DNA of 62,688 nucleotides, counting the filler, from Choristocarpus tenellus KU-1152 (Eukaryota > Protista > Phaeophyceae), in assembly GCA_964200185.2 (NCBI GenBank). It is 10 parts of 10 records of this genome, joined end to end, with 100 filler letters (N's around TTAATTAATTAA, not from the genome) between each part and the next. Parts side by side here need not be neighbours in the genome. Positions count along the whole stretch, not along the records: positions 38,231 to 55,718 come from CAXNAD020000667.1; positions 55,819 to 58,489 come from CAXNAD020025779.1; positions 58,590 to 62,688 come from CAXNAD020016220.1; 7 more parts are not named here. One strand, written 5' to 3'. Below, one piece after another: positions 50,212 through 62,668 of this stretch. Position 1 is the stretch's first letter, and the number at the start of each line of letters is the position of its first letter. The translations under genes and the position numbers were made by a program. Below the pieces are notes generated by a model. That model was not told where the DNA came from. It worked only from the letters and a program-made list of their open reading frames with translations, and did no database searches.

Positions 50212-53200
50212 ATGCAGAAGAGAAAGCATGCCGACGATCCATACAATCCTGAAGATGTCATATGTCATGCTGGTAGAAATAGTCAATATCCTGCTGGTGG
50301 GAGTGATGTATACCCGGATAGTCGCATGAGATGGGGAGGATATTTAGATAAGGGTAGAGAGTCCAAGCTGTCCTTGGCGCTGAGTGATCTTCGATGGCTG
50401 CCGGGTGGAAAGCAGGTGGGAGGATACTATCTACCATCTGGAATTTGCCTTCACAAAAAAGAGTAAAAAGACGGACAAATTGAGTGGTGGTACCCGCTAA
50501 TGCGCTATGGATTTTTCGGTACAGTGCCTCCCACCGAGTATCGCCCACTTTTCACGATCCGGCATTACATGTTTGCTGTTCGATCTAACTCGACCAATCC
50601 TTCCATGTAGACTCTCCCTCGAGGGGTACACCTGCAACCAAAGGTACTGGCTCATTTCCTGTGGAGCATGGTTGAAAGACAGCTGATTTGGGAACGACGG
50701 GTGAGGTATGTCGATGAAAAGGGCTCCTCCATAAAGAGCCTGTTTTTCGGGCATTTGTTTTGACATTTTCAATACTGACATGAAGAAATGTCAGCACTTG
50801 TATGGATGCTGCCCCATACGGCCGCCTGAACGACTAATAGCCGAGGAATGCGATGGTATAGGCATGGCTGCAGCCCTCCCTGGACGGATGATGTCATCAT
50901 GCAGAGCAACTTCTTTACCAACGTCTACCGGGAGCTAGATAAGGGTACCATCTACTTTCGATGCAAGCTTCGGGGCATGATGAAAGGGGCTCAGGTTTGT
51001 CACTGTGAAATCAGGTCGTCGCACCAGTTGAACCCCTTGCTTTAGACCTCTATTTCTAGTATTAGTTTGAAGGTGGGATGCTTTTCTTCTCATGCACTTC
51101 AGTAGGGTTGAAGGGCTTTCTTACTCATGCTTGCAGGCACCTACCTGTGTGTACTTGAAGAGCTGGTCTGTTGGTGAACATTCCTCCTCAATGTGCACTG
51201 TCTTGTCTACTGGTGAGGGACAGTGGCACAATAGGGGTGCTCTGCTCTGCAATCTCCTGCTTGATTTTTTTGTACTTTTTGATATTGAGGATGAAGTGAG
51301 ACTTTGTATCCAAGAGCCTAGCACAGGATGACCAGATTTGGCGTCCCTTTACCTGATTCGATTTTGCATCAAATGCTCTCTAATTTGCCTGTTGTGCACT
51401 GTACACTATATGAACATAATTGCTTGCTCTTGGTTTTTCGAAGAAAGCATTCTCCTTTACATATCCTTTCAGTCATGTTACTGGTGTTTTGTGGCATAAA
51501 GGGTTGATTGATGAATGAACACTGGGATTATTGTGTTTACTCTCCTAGACCTGTCCTATTCCCTTGTGGCAACACAAAACAGACCCAACAGGATAGGTGC
51601 CGCCGGTGCCTATGGGCATCTGTGAGCTACCGCCTCATCAACCGGCTGGAAACATTTCGACAATGGAAAGACCGCCTTCCAAGGGAGGAAGAGGTGAGGA
51701 TCAAACATAATGGCAACTCGGAGCAGTTACGGGTTGAAGACAGTCACCTCATTGGTGGTGACAATTTTTTGAGGAGAATAATATGGGTATACCTCATGCA
51801 GAGAACTCTGCACATCACATACTTTATGTTGTGAGGGCATTGAGTGGAGCCTCTTTGCATATGCTGTACCTATCCTTCATTAAGTCATCTTTGTAGTGGA
51901 ATGCTCAGTTGCACCATTGTACTCTGAGTACATAAGAATCTGTGATAGATTTATCAATTGTATGGAGACAGCAATTTTAATGCTAATGGACAGGTGCAAA
52001 TTTCAGTCCCTGACGGACCAGAAATACAATGCCATCTGCGTCCAAGCACATGAGAAGCACACCAACCTGCACCAAAGGTTGCCAATGGTCATGAGGTCAT
52101 GTTAATGTAGCCTCTTGTCATTTAGTAATCTCCTGGATTTATGGTGACCAAACTCTCCCCTACCCATCTCCCCCTGACCTCTTGCATGCTGTAAGCGAGA
52201 AGAGTTTGTGAGGCACTTGTCGTCAGTGAAGAAGCAAGGAGTGCCAGTCTTCACCTGTGCCCACCAGCCTGTTTCTCTGTCAGATTATCGCAAGTGAGAA
52301 GACTCAGCAACTGCCGTGATCATTGTGGCAAAGTTGCACAGTACTTTCCCCCCTTGAAACACGCCTTCATTGACACCATAGGGGAGTTAGAGTAGCAGTG
52401 TCAAGGACGGCCTGTAGTAGACAGCCACCAAACAATGGGTTGTGTTAGAGAAGCTACCCCACAATGGGTGCTCTGTGTGTTCAGGGGGTGGAATGGATTG
52501 AGAGCGGGGCAAGAGATGGCAGTTGTTACAAGCAGGGGAAGAGTGTACTCTATGATTTAGGTATACCTGCCTTGTAATCCAATGTATCCTTGTAAGTGGA
52601 TACACTGGCCTGTTCTATTGTAATCTCAAAGTAAACCGCGTTGTTAAGAGTTTGAGGATATCCCACTGCATACCAGATTTGCAATGGAGTCCCCTCCCCC
52701 TGACCCCTTCCATGGCTGTATCTTTAAACAGCAGTCCCTATCCCTTATTTTCCGCGATCAGAGCCCTCAAAGAGCTTACAGGGGAGGGTAGAGCAGGGTT
52801 GGGGGCCTTGTCAAGCTGCCTCTTTGAGGCAAAGGATCTGGAGGCGTGCCATGCAGCCCTCAGGCTGCTCCCAGGGGTTGGAAAATTCAATGGTTGGCAG
52901 GTGAAGAAGGTCGCTACCATAGCTAGAGATAACCCCACTTGCAGCATTTCCTGCCTTTCACCTTTTTAGAGCAGCATCTGAGAAGGTAGAAGTTTGATAT
53001 CAAGTGTACTTCTTCCAGTCATTTTGGTAGAGTCTTTCAAGGCAAATGACCACCAAGACCTTTTGCTGTTTTATCTTTGACATGTTGGGTCATTGCTGAG
53101 GTTCACCACCAATTTCAGTGCTATCCTGACCCTACTTCTGTTTGTCCTTCTGCCCCTGCCTGATGCAGGTGCTTGCGGATCTGCTAGAGGCAGATGCGCT

Positions 53201-54975
53201 GCCAGCTCGCTTCAATGAGACACAGTGGGTAGCACTAGGTCCAGGAGCAGTAAAGGGTCTCCACAAGGTGTTCAAGGTATGGATAGGCGTGATCCTCCCT
53301 TGTCCACCTTGCTTCTGTTGAGCAGTCGAGTGCGAATATTGCTATCCTCTTCCAATTGGGAGATATCCTATATATTAGTTTAATACAATCGTCAGGAACT
53401 AATCCAACCAGGATGTTTAGACCAATGCGGGCAGTCTGCACTTCTTATAAACCTATCTTAGCCTGAATATTCTTGTGTAGTCACATTGTGAATATCGTGA
53501 ATAGAGGTGAATTACAGTGAATTTATGTCTGTGTGTGTGTGTGCTGTGCCTTTGCGGGGCGGTCAAGGGGATACTGAAAGGTTGAGAAACGACTAAGTTG
53601 ATGTCTTCCATAGTCAATTTATCCTGCTCCTCTTGGTGGCAGATACCACGCCGGTTGGATGATCCACTTCTCCTCCTCTCTCTGGCAAAGATCATTGCAG
53701 ACAACTTGCCAACAATGCTCTCCACTGCAGGGTTGAAGTTCCCCTTATTCCACGGACTCCCCGTGACCCTGAAGGTGCGACCCCTCCCCCCCCCCTCACT
53801 ATTGGGTATGCTGCAAGGACCATGAGGAGAGCTGCTGCATACATAGCCAAGGCACCCTCTGAAGCTGAAGTATGGGCTTGTGGATAGTTTCAATATTCGC
53901 TAGAAGGCAGGTCTCAAATTGTCAAAGCACCCCTTCCTCATACTGAAATATTTTTGTTGCGTATGTGATGAATTGAGACTCCTTTTGAATGGTACTCAAT
54001 GATTTTTTCTTGTCAGTCTGCACTGTCCTTTCTTGTTAGCACCAATCAGCCCTGGCCACTGTTTCCCAATTTCTGCAAGATTTCTCAGTATAGGCAGCAT
54101 GCGAGTCTGCTGCACCTTTTGGACTTCTATCACAACAGATATATATATATATATAGCTATTGAATTTGTTGCGTGATTTGTTGTTGGTGATATTTTTGTC
54201 AGGATAGTTTGCTTCTGGTGGTGTCTATTGATGTTGCCCACCTGTAGTAGTTGCTATGACATGTACAACCCGGCATCGATTAGTTTGTTGGGAATCATGC
54301 TCCCCCCAGCCCCATTCTTTTAGTGGTAAAAGGCTTCTTTGATACGAAAAAATGCTCATGTGAGACATTGTGAGCTAGGCACCCCTTCCATGCACAAAGA
54401 CCTGCACAACAAGTGCAGCAAGTCACAATGCAACCCCTTATTCTGGAGCACTGCCGGGCTTCAAAGGGCTTAAGGTTACTGAGTGTAGCCCTTTCCCACC
54501 CAAACACCAACTAATGCAAATACAGCTCTGTGTCGTAGATCTTCCACATGCATGCTTTATGGCACCCTCTGCTCCTTCCATTCCTACCGCACAGAACGTG
54601 GAGCACTGGCTGTGTGAATTTCACAAGAGGTGTGAGCTGACCTCAAAGTCATGCGGAGGGGTAGGGCGCCGTTTTGAGCATGGTGTAGCCCATTCGTTGG
54701 CCCATGTAGAGCCCATCCTTCTCAACTGGTGCCCTGGCTGCAGTGGGGTAGCTGAGGGTTCTCATCTGACCCCAGCTTGTGATTTATGCCAAGAAATTCG
54801 CCACCACCGTTGCTGTAATATTCTATATTCTGACATTGATGCGTGTGTAGAGGAAGTCTCAGCGGCAGTGTCCGTTAAGAGGAAGCAGAAGCACAAAGGG
54901 CAATGGGAAAAGGAGGGTGGGGGGGGGTGGCTTTGCCCAGAATGCATCAGTTGGGTGGAGGCTCGGCAATGTTAA
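50212..54975 (+). CDS. aGPT-Pplase1 (5hmdU-DNA-kinase-associated helical / amino acid:DNA transferase-like) domain fused to a C-terminal PHD finger, ~463 aa; exons 50212-50415, 50611-50705, 50862-50994, 51592-51693, 52196-52293, 52762-52900, 53169-53276, 53643-53774, 54595-54975
   Basis: All eight introns are GT-AG and phase-compatible (1392 nt, no internal stop). Ordered motifs: ERQLIWERR, PWTDDVIMQSNFFTNVYRELDKGT, YRLINRLETF, FTCAHQ, PGVGKFNGWQVLADL, LGPGAVKGL, NVEHWLCEFHK. PHD: CPGC..CDLC-x4-H-x2-C..WLCPEC. Confidence 0.88.
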
Positions 54976-56484
54976 GCTGTCTGAGAAGGTAGCCTCAGTT
55001 TCTGGAGTAGCAAGCCTTTGCATTGCCCAGGTTGCATCTAGAAGTAGACTAAAGTCCCTATGTCCAGGGTGGAAGTTATCTTTGTTCATTTAGCTTACCT
55101 TGTCTATGGGCCAGCCATTGTATGTTGCCAACTGAAGTATAGGTTGTGGTTGTGACACACAGCACTGCCTCTGGGCCAAGGCAAGTAGAGCCTCTTGTGT
55201 TTGAACACATCATATTTAGATAATTTTGTTATGGTGCCTGTTGAGTGCAGAGCATTGCAGGGCAAAATCTCCCCTCTGAATATACTGTGCTTTTTTTCCT
55301 TTAAAGCACCAGAGACGGGCACCAGCCGGTAGACACACATCATGAGAAGGGGGAGGCAAAGAGGCATGATCTGGACAAAGGGACGTGGGTCAAACCAATT
55401 GAGAGGTGATCGACCTGTGGAGATACCAACACCCTGCCAAACAATATGGCTGCTGACTGAAACCCACCATGACACAAACTGTACATGGATGCCTTCTCTT
55501 CTTCTCAGATTTTGAATGACTATTTTGACTGCAAGAAGGCTTGTGTTGGTCAAGGTTCGGCAGGGCCTTGCATATTCAAACATCTCCTTGCATTAAGAGG
55601 ATAACAACACCCCAGAAAGGGTTGTAGCACTTATGACTGGATGGAATGGGTGGAGAAGGGACTGGGGGGGGGTGTCGGCGTCCGTTTTTCACCCTTTTTT
55701 CGATTTTCACTTTTTTGGNNNNNNNNNNNNNNNNNNNNNNNNNNNNNNNNNNNNNNNNNNNNTTAATTAATTAANNNNNNNNNNNNNNNNNNNNNNNNNN
55801 NNNNNNNNNNNNNNNNNNCCCCCTCCCAGATACTTTGGGTCTTAAGCCAATATGATGTACCTCCCTCAGAAGATTCCCAACCCCTCTCAATACTGTAAGC
55901 GCTGTAATAAGTATATGTCCATATGATTGCTGCCATCATTTCCGCCGCTAATCTTGTAAATCTGTGCAGCAATATGTAACTACAGAAGAAGCCTCAAAGA
56001 AGTTTCCACACCACACAGCACGCTCAAGGACAAGTATATCAAATTACACCCACCCACCCACCCCCCACACACACAAACCAGGAACTAGTCAGAATAGGAG
56101 CTACTATCAGATATAGCCATGGCATTGCTCATTTTGGTCCTCATGTCCAAGCATAAGCGTACACCACAGTTGTCCAAACAAGATTGATACATCGCTTCGC
56201 CTTCCCTTTCAACTCTTGTAGTTATCAAGTTTTTGAGTTGTCTTATTTTCATCCCGACGTTTAACACTTCGGAAACAACCTCTGATAGTTGAGAACCTAA
56301 ATATATAAGCCTGCTAATGGAGCAAAGGGGACAAGGAGTATTGTTTTTCCTTTCTACTGCTGCCATGCTTCTTAGTCGGAACAAGAGGATCCTTTTGCAT
56401 GTGCCGCACTCCTACCTATGTGTGTGCCCACGCTAACACATCCTTAGAACTTGAACCAAATCTGTGAACTCGAATTGCCGCACG

Positions 56485-56522
<38 letters not shown>

Positions 56523-56531
56523 TCAAAATAG

Positions 56532-58172
56532 GTGATGGAACAGCTTAGCGAGGGAGGGGGTGCCCAGACTATTACAATTGAAACAATTGGTGAAGAGGTA
56601 GAGGAGCTGGCCCGAAACTATCCGATATGCATACCAGCATACTTTGGACTGATCATCCGCTGCTTCGGGAGCCTCGAGGTGATAATGTGGGGAAGGAGTG
56701 GTGGTGTGGAAGCTTACAGTAAACCCTTTCTAGTAGACATTCTGTGTGTTTTGGGATCCCTAATGTGTTTCTTGTTCCCCTCAGTTGCACAAGAGGCAAA
56801 TTGTTGTAATAGCTGGGTATTTGATAGTGGTTCATTCAATAGAATTGCTACAAGACAGAAAGGAGGGATCGGAAATCAACAAAGTACAAGGAATGTGGTG
56901 TCCTATTTCAGACAGTATAGGGACATAGCAATGGAAGCAATAATATGGTCACAAGGAAGAAAGACATGTATGTCCATGTGTAGCCGTGGTATATGTGTAC
57001 TGATGGAAATCTCAACGAATAGTAATAGTTTCACCATGTCTACCATATCACCTCAGAGTGGTGGAGCTGCCTAGCTCTGCCATCGCCACCACTTCCATTC
57101 AATCACTCCTGGGGTACATCTCCTTTGACTGCTCTCTGGCTGTCGGAGTGTGCTGAATCGCAGGAAAATATTATACTTGTCTCTCAAAGGGGGGTGTTGT
57201 TGGGGGCTTTGCATAGAGAGGTGGTAGTTCAACAGGGAATGAAAGAACATTCCTTGCCCAAAGTTAGGCTAATTTTTAACAAAGTAGGCCCTTGAGTACA
57301 CCAAATATGTTCCGTCATATCATTGACTATCTCAACTGCAGCTGGGTGGAACTAGGATAGAGCTCAATGGCTCAGAGTGAAAGTATCTTAGAGGGTACAA
57401 GTTTTTCCCTGTTTGTCCATTTGGGGCTTGGTTTCCCTCGGGTTTTTAATGACATTGTACCTACTCCAAAATGTTTAGGAGTAGGTACAATATATATGTT
57501 ACGAGAAGGTGTGTCCGGAACAAGGATATTGACATTTCCTAACAAACATGATAGCCAAAATTTTGTCTAAATAGCAACATTGGGTTTTGACCCCAAATGG
57601 ACGCGGCTCTACCATCTAAGATACTTTGACTCTCACATAAACAGTGTTTTCCTTGTCTATAATGCAATCCATCCCCTGCTCCTTACCTCCCAGATTGAGG
57701 TCCTGGCATGGCGAAATGGTATACACGTTTTGTGAAGTCTGTTGGCGGAAGAAATAGATTCTTCCTTCCCCCTACTCCCACCAAAATATGTTGTCATTTC
57801 TGGTAGTAATGCTTGCTTGTGTTTACTGACCATCGCTCTTGTGAGCAACCCTTCTCCATTCTAACCACAACCCCTGCAACCAAAGTCGTCCCTTCCTCAC
57901 CCTAAGATCTTCCCCTCCTCAGAACTAGTTTTTAACCTTATTATTTGATCTGTCACTGTCCTCGTCCTCTCTCCCTTCCCTCTAACCCCTCTACCTGCAT
58001 ATTGCATTCTGTTCTTGTCGGTCAGGGTTTGGGCCTTTCAATCGACCCCGGCTATTCCATTGTAAAGGAGTGCTTCCCATATTTGTGCCGGAGGCTTCTC
58101 ACAGAGGACTCACCACGGATGCGCCGCATGCTCAAGAGCTTTTTATATGGCAAGGAAGGGGACTTTCTGCAG
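56532..58172 (+). CDS. ABC1/UbiB atypical kinase (plastid ABC1K-like), internal exons 56532-56678 and 58026-58172
   Basis: YPICIPAYFGLIIRCFGSLE|GLGLSIDPGYSIVKECFPYLCRRLLTEDSPRMRRMLKSFLYG. Confidence 0.9.
57375..57632 (+). mobile_element. MITE family A, complete, intronic
   Basis: GAGTGAAAGTATCTTAGAGGGTA ... TACCATCTAAGATACTTTGACTC; TCA duplicated on the flanks. Confidence 0.9.
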
Positions 58173-58268
58173 GTGACATACCACACCAACGGCATTATTT
58201 CAGGAAACACGGTATCTGTCCACTGGCCATACTCACACAAATGATAAGAATGGATTGTCTAATTGTTA

Positions 58269-58489
58269 GGGTCAAAGTATCTGGGAGGGGGGTTCCGTCT
58301 TCCGTTTTTGACCCTGGCTCAAAGTATCTGAGGGAGTGGCGACTGTCCATTTGGTGCCAATTTTTTCATGTCGCGATTTTTGGGTGATTTGGTTCCATAC
58401 GTTGGATGGATAATGAAAGTGCACTTTTCCTGGTTTTCGTCCAAATGGACAACCTGGTGTAGACCCCCCCCCACCCCACCCCCCCCCCC
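58269..58489 (+). mobile_element. Related MITE end (family C, 58269-58315) with nested family B (58316-contig end)
   Basis: GGGTCAAAGTATCTGGGAGGGG..tccgtttttgaccct followed by GGCTCAAAGTATCTGAGGG and the full B body. A C-like sequence is also at ~55663-55718. Confidence 0.8.
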
Positions 58490-60307
58490 NNNNNNNNNNN
58501 NNNNNNNNNNNNNNNNNNNNNNNNNNNNNNNNNTTAATTAATTAANNNNNNNNNNNNNNNNNNNNNNNNNNNNNNNNNNNNNNNNNNNNCCCCCCCCCCC
58601 CCCCCCCAGACACTTAGACCCATGGTACTCTCGGCAAGGAAGCCCATAGCACAGATTCAACACATGCATCCCAGTGCTCGACCTCACCAACATTCAATAT
58701 CCACATAACCTTGAGTGGGGTAATACACCCAAATTCAGAGCGAGCACATTCCAAAGCAAAGCACACCATTAAGTCGACAGAGCAACCTCCATACAACTAA
58801 GGTCATTGTTAGGAAGAAAAAACATAATATTTAGGAACACATGGTTATAGCATTGCCAATCTATTGACTTGCCCTTTCAAATTGTATGCTCAAACACAGT
58901 TGTTTTATGGGTGTATGTGGGGAACAAGCTTGGGGAACCGAAATGAGTGTATCACTGAAAATCAACTTGAATATTGCTCATATACATGAGAAAAAACGTT
59001 TGAGGAATAGACAACCTAGTATAGTTCGTGTGTCAGGGGGAAAGCTCGTGTAGAGCCATTTGTCAGAAAGCTGCGAAATGTGTTAGCACCCTAAACGGTT
59101 AACAAGAAGCACACATTTCGCCAGGCACGATCAGAGTCTCCAAAGCCAACAGCCCTGATACATCAAACATGAAAAGCTCTAGCACCTTGCTTTCTAACAA
59201 GATATGTCAACCTTGTCAAGAATATGCTTTCTATTCTTCTATAAAAGTACATTACGCAAGAAACAATCTGGTGATGGATGAGAACATGCTGATATTCTGA
59301 AGAACAGGAGATATAGGCATGGATCAATGGACTAGAGTATAGAAGAGTTCAGGCCTAGGAAACATCATAGCAGGTAATCTGCGATCAGTGATTAGTGATC
59401 CACAGAACAGGATTGATATGGTGGCAAGGACCCTTTCCCCTTGGGCTTGAAGACCCACTCCTCCTTTCTCCCACCTCACTACATCTACAACCTGTACAAC
59501 CCAATTAGGAACTAATCAAGTCAATTATACACACAAGTCTTTGGAAACAACAGCTTCTTTTAACAGACACGAAATCTCCCATCATTCCATCACCACCCAG
59601 AAAAAAAAGGGTCCCGGCGACAATGTGTGGGCATCCTCTAATTGACCATCAGTCATTGTTCTCAACAAGAAATATTTTCACAGAGTAAAATCTTGATAGG
59701 GTTGACTACACAGGGGCATGGCATGCCCAACCACAGGAAGCACTCCTGTACTTGAAAACAACAAAGGGTTAGCTTGCACATGTCAAGCCCTTTAGCAGTG
59801 ATAATATCGAAGCAGTGAAGTTTACAATCTAAGAAAGTACATCACAAAAACGAGATGATAATACATGGGAACAAATAGTTCTAATTGACAAGCAATGAAA
59901 GCCATAAATCAAGCACAACATAAAACAGACAGTAGTGAATGAGCACTACCTCAATCACAACCGTTGTTCTAACAGTAATATTTCAAAGCAACCATAGCTG
60001 AAGAGGATGTTTATGATGCAAAATAACCACAAAAATCCCGATCAGAGGGCGTTGTTAATCTGTCTGCACTACTATATCGCACTCGAGGCTCCAACTATGG
60101 ATAGAGGGTGGAGAAAGATAACTTACAAAAACAAAACACAATGCTGAAAAACGTCCTCCTCAACTTTCTTAAAGTGACTACATGATCATAGCTTTAGCTT
60201 ACCTCACCTTTGCGGTTGATGATAATGTCACCAACACCCTAGGACTAATTGTGACAAAAATGATACTATCTTCTTGTGCCAAGCTTTGGAGTACTATTGT
60301 TTTAAAT

Positions 60308-62668
60308 CTACGCATGGCCCCCTCCTCCCCCAGCCCCACTCACCTCTACCCGTTGGCGCTGCTCCATGGTTTCCCTCACGAGGGCAGATCGGTCTGCCTC
60401 AGAAAGAGATCTTTTCAATGCCACAGGACGTTTTTTTCCTTCCTGAGCCAACACCTTCATCCTACCAAATTCTCTTCCTCCATCTCCCTGGTTGTTTACT
60501 CCCTTACCTCCTCCTCCCCCTACTCCCTCCCCCACACTGGCGTCTTTTACTTTGTCCCTGTCCGTATTCCCAATCTCAACCATTGAAATGTCTGATTCAT
60601 GATCCGAATGACCCATAGTAAATGCACCCACAGGTACTGTTTGAGTCCTTCTGCCTTCACCCAGTCTGAGTACCATGGAACCTGGTTTGGGGGGAACAGC
60701 AATTTCCACAGCAGATGCATCCATTGACGCTTTTGCAGTTGATAACATAGGAGGGGGATGGGCATCACGAAGAATTGTTGACCTTGACTGGCATTCCTCC
60801 CCGACAAGACCAATGCGTTGATACTTTCTCGGCTGTTTCCTCTCAGAGGGATTCTTTCTGTCTTTGTTGTCATCACTGCCCCAGTCCTCAACTTCTTCTA
60901 CCTCTTCCTGTGGTGCTGGTATTGGTTTTGCTTCCATTCTTACCAGGGCATCAGACGCACATGAGGGGGACAAAGTGGAGGCTGAGGTCAACACTGAGGA
61001 AGGAGTGGGGGGATCCATTTGAAGATGAATCTTGTCCCCTCGGATCACACGCCTCCTTTTACCCAAGCATATAGCCTTCACAAGTCCATCCTTACCAGGG
61101 CCAACTTGCGTTCTTTCGCCTACGTTTTTCTGACCAGCTCTGTTCCCCACGCCTTTCTTTTCCCCCTTTCCATTGGCATCAACCATCTTCTCCATCTTGA
61201 GGTTCTTGCACTTGCCCCTGACAAGAACCGGGGGTGAGAGTGCAAGCAGTGACAATGTCTCCCCTGGACTAGTTGGGGGGGTCACTGAGGCTTCAACCCC
61301 AAGGACATTACTAGCATTGAACTGCCCTTGATCCCTTGCATCGCCTTCCACCTCTGAAGGCCCCTCAGGACCCCCTGATCCCTCTACATTTCCCTCCCTA
61401 CTACAAAACCCTTGTTTGTTCTCCTCTTTCTCCAAGCAGTTTCCCTCTCTGGTTGCCGGAGCCATATCCTCCTGCAGAGGCTCTAGTTCCTCCCCCCCTG
61501 CCCCATCTCTCTCAACCCTGTGCCCAGGGTTTGATGAAGGTGCCACTGAAGTGGTGACTGAGGGATTTGCAACTGAGATGGCTGTTGCCATCCTCAGAGC
61601 TCCAGTCGCAGTATACTGTTCACCCATTATAGTCCCATTTTGTTCATGTTCCTTTACACTACACCTCCCCACCCCAACCTCGCTTTTGGTCCCAGTCTCC
61701 ACTCCCACCACCCCCTCTTCCCCCTCCCCCAGCAGCATTGTGTTTGCTGAGGGAGTCTCAACACTGAAACTTTCAACCTTGGAAGAAATACTGGGGTTGG
61801 TTCTCCCAAGCCAATGCCCAGGCATTTGATGGGCTAGTTGGGGATGTGGCACAGTCTCAGTTCCTACTTTATGCATGGAAAACCGGTCACTAAAATTCTT
61901 GACACCCTCAACTGATGGTGCACATAGTCCACTCTGGCTCCTGGATGAGGGGGAGGAACCTTTAGCAACAAGACCCTTGTTCCTTGTCACTCCTGGTTCC
62001 TGCCCAGATCTATGTGGTTCCTGCCTAGAGTCGACGAACCTCAAGGGACCACAGACTGCTGAGGCTTTGCATTCCTCTGTCTGCTCAGCCTTCAAGCCTC
62101 TGCACAGCAATTGCTGACATTCCTTCCAGGCCCCACTAGCTGCAGCAGTCCCCCAGTACGTCTGGCCTTCGTCCGCGAGTAATTTCCCACCCAAGAAGAA
62201 CCCATTCCCGCCCTTGGTACCTTTGCTGTTCCTCTTCTGTGCTCCTGCAGAGTCAATGAACGTCGTGTCCAACAACAGGTTTGTCTCATCTGCATGTTGA
62301 TTTGAAATCAGACCTTGGGAGGTACCGACACCTGGTGCAGTCACTGCTGACACAACAGCAGAGGTAGCCTCACCCTTTAGCCCACCCCTGTTCGCCTCCC
62401 CCTCCTGCGATGCCTCGGACATAAAGACCAATGGGGGTACAGGAAGCATTATATTGTGTGCACCTGAGCATGTAGGCTGGGACTTTGCTGTCAGTGAGGG
62501 CAGACTATCATCAGCAGAGCTGGCCTTGACAGGCTCCAGGTTGGCCCTGTTGTTCTCTGTCTCCAAAATACTTGCATCTTTACATGGCACTATTGGTGGT
62601 GACTGTTGCTGGTGCTGGTGCTGCTCCAATACATGGCATTGGCCCTGTGTAGGTAGGCCGGATTTCAT
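60308..62668 (-). CDS. Large low-complexity exon of an unidentified protein (probably spliced at a GTAAGG donor near 60505)
   Basis: 2.36-kb stop-free frame, G/S/E/A-rich and probably disordered; no recognisable domain. Confidence 0.65.
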   Translation of the reverse strand: MKSGLPTQGQCHVLEQHQHQQQSPPIVPCKDASILETENNRANLEPVKASSADDSLPSLTAKSQPTCSGAHNIMLPVPPLVFMSEASQEGEANRGGLKGEATSAVVSAVTAPGVGTSQGLISNQHADETNLLLDTTFIDSAGAQKRNSKGTKGGNGFFLGGKLLADEGQTYWGTAAASGAWKECQQLLCRGLKAEQTEECKASAVCGPLRFVDSRQEPHRSGQEPGVTRNKGLVAKGSSPSSRSQSGLCAPSVEGVKNFSDRFSMHKVGTETVPHPQLAHQMPGHWLGRTNPSISSKVESFSVETPSANTMLLGEGEEGVVGVETGTKSEVGVGRCSVKEHEQNGTIMGEQYTATGALRMATAISVANPSVTTSVAPSSNPGHRVERDGAGGEELEPLQEDMAPATREGNCLEKEENKQGFCSREGNVEGSGGPEGPSEVEGDARDQGQFNASNVLGVEASVTPPTSPGETLSLLALSPPVLVRGKCKNLKMEKMVDANGKGEKKGVGNRAGQKNVGERTQVGPGKDGLVKAICLGKRRRVIRGDKIHLQMDPPTPSSVLTSASTLSPSCASDALVRMEAKPIPAPQEEVEEVEDWGSDDNKDRKNPSERKQPRKYQRIGLVGEECQSRSTILRDAHPPPMLSTAKASMDASAVEIAVPPKPGSMVLRLGEGRRTQTVPVGAFTMGHSDHESDISMVEIGNTDRDKVKDASVGEGVGGGGGKGVNNQGDGGREFGRMKVLAQEGKKRPVALKRSLSEADRSALVRETMEQRQRVEVSGAGGGGGHA

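Noticed and set aside
15916-54975. Endogenous giant-virus region (FNIP, EsV-1-7, aGPT-Pplase1)
   Set aside because: The genes are on different contigs, two are intron-rich among host genes, and no viral core genes are present.
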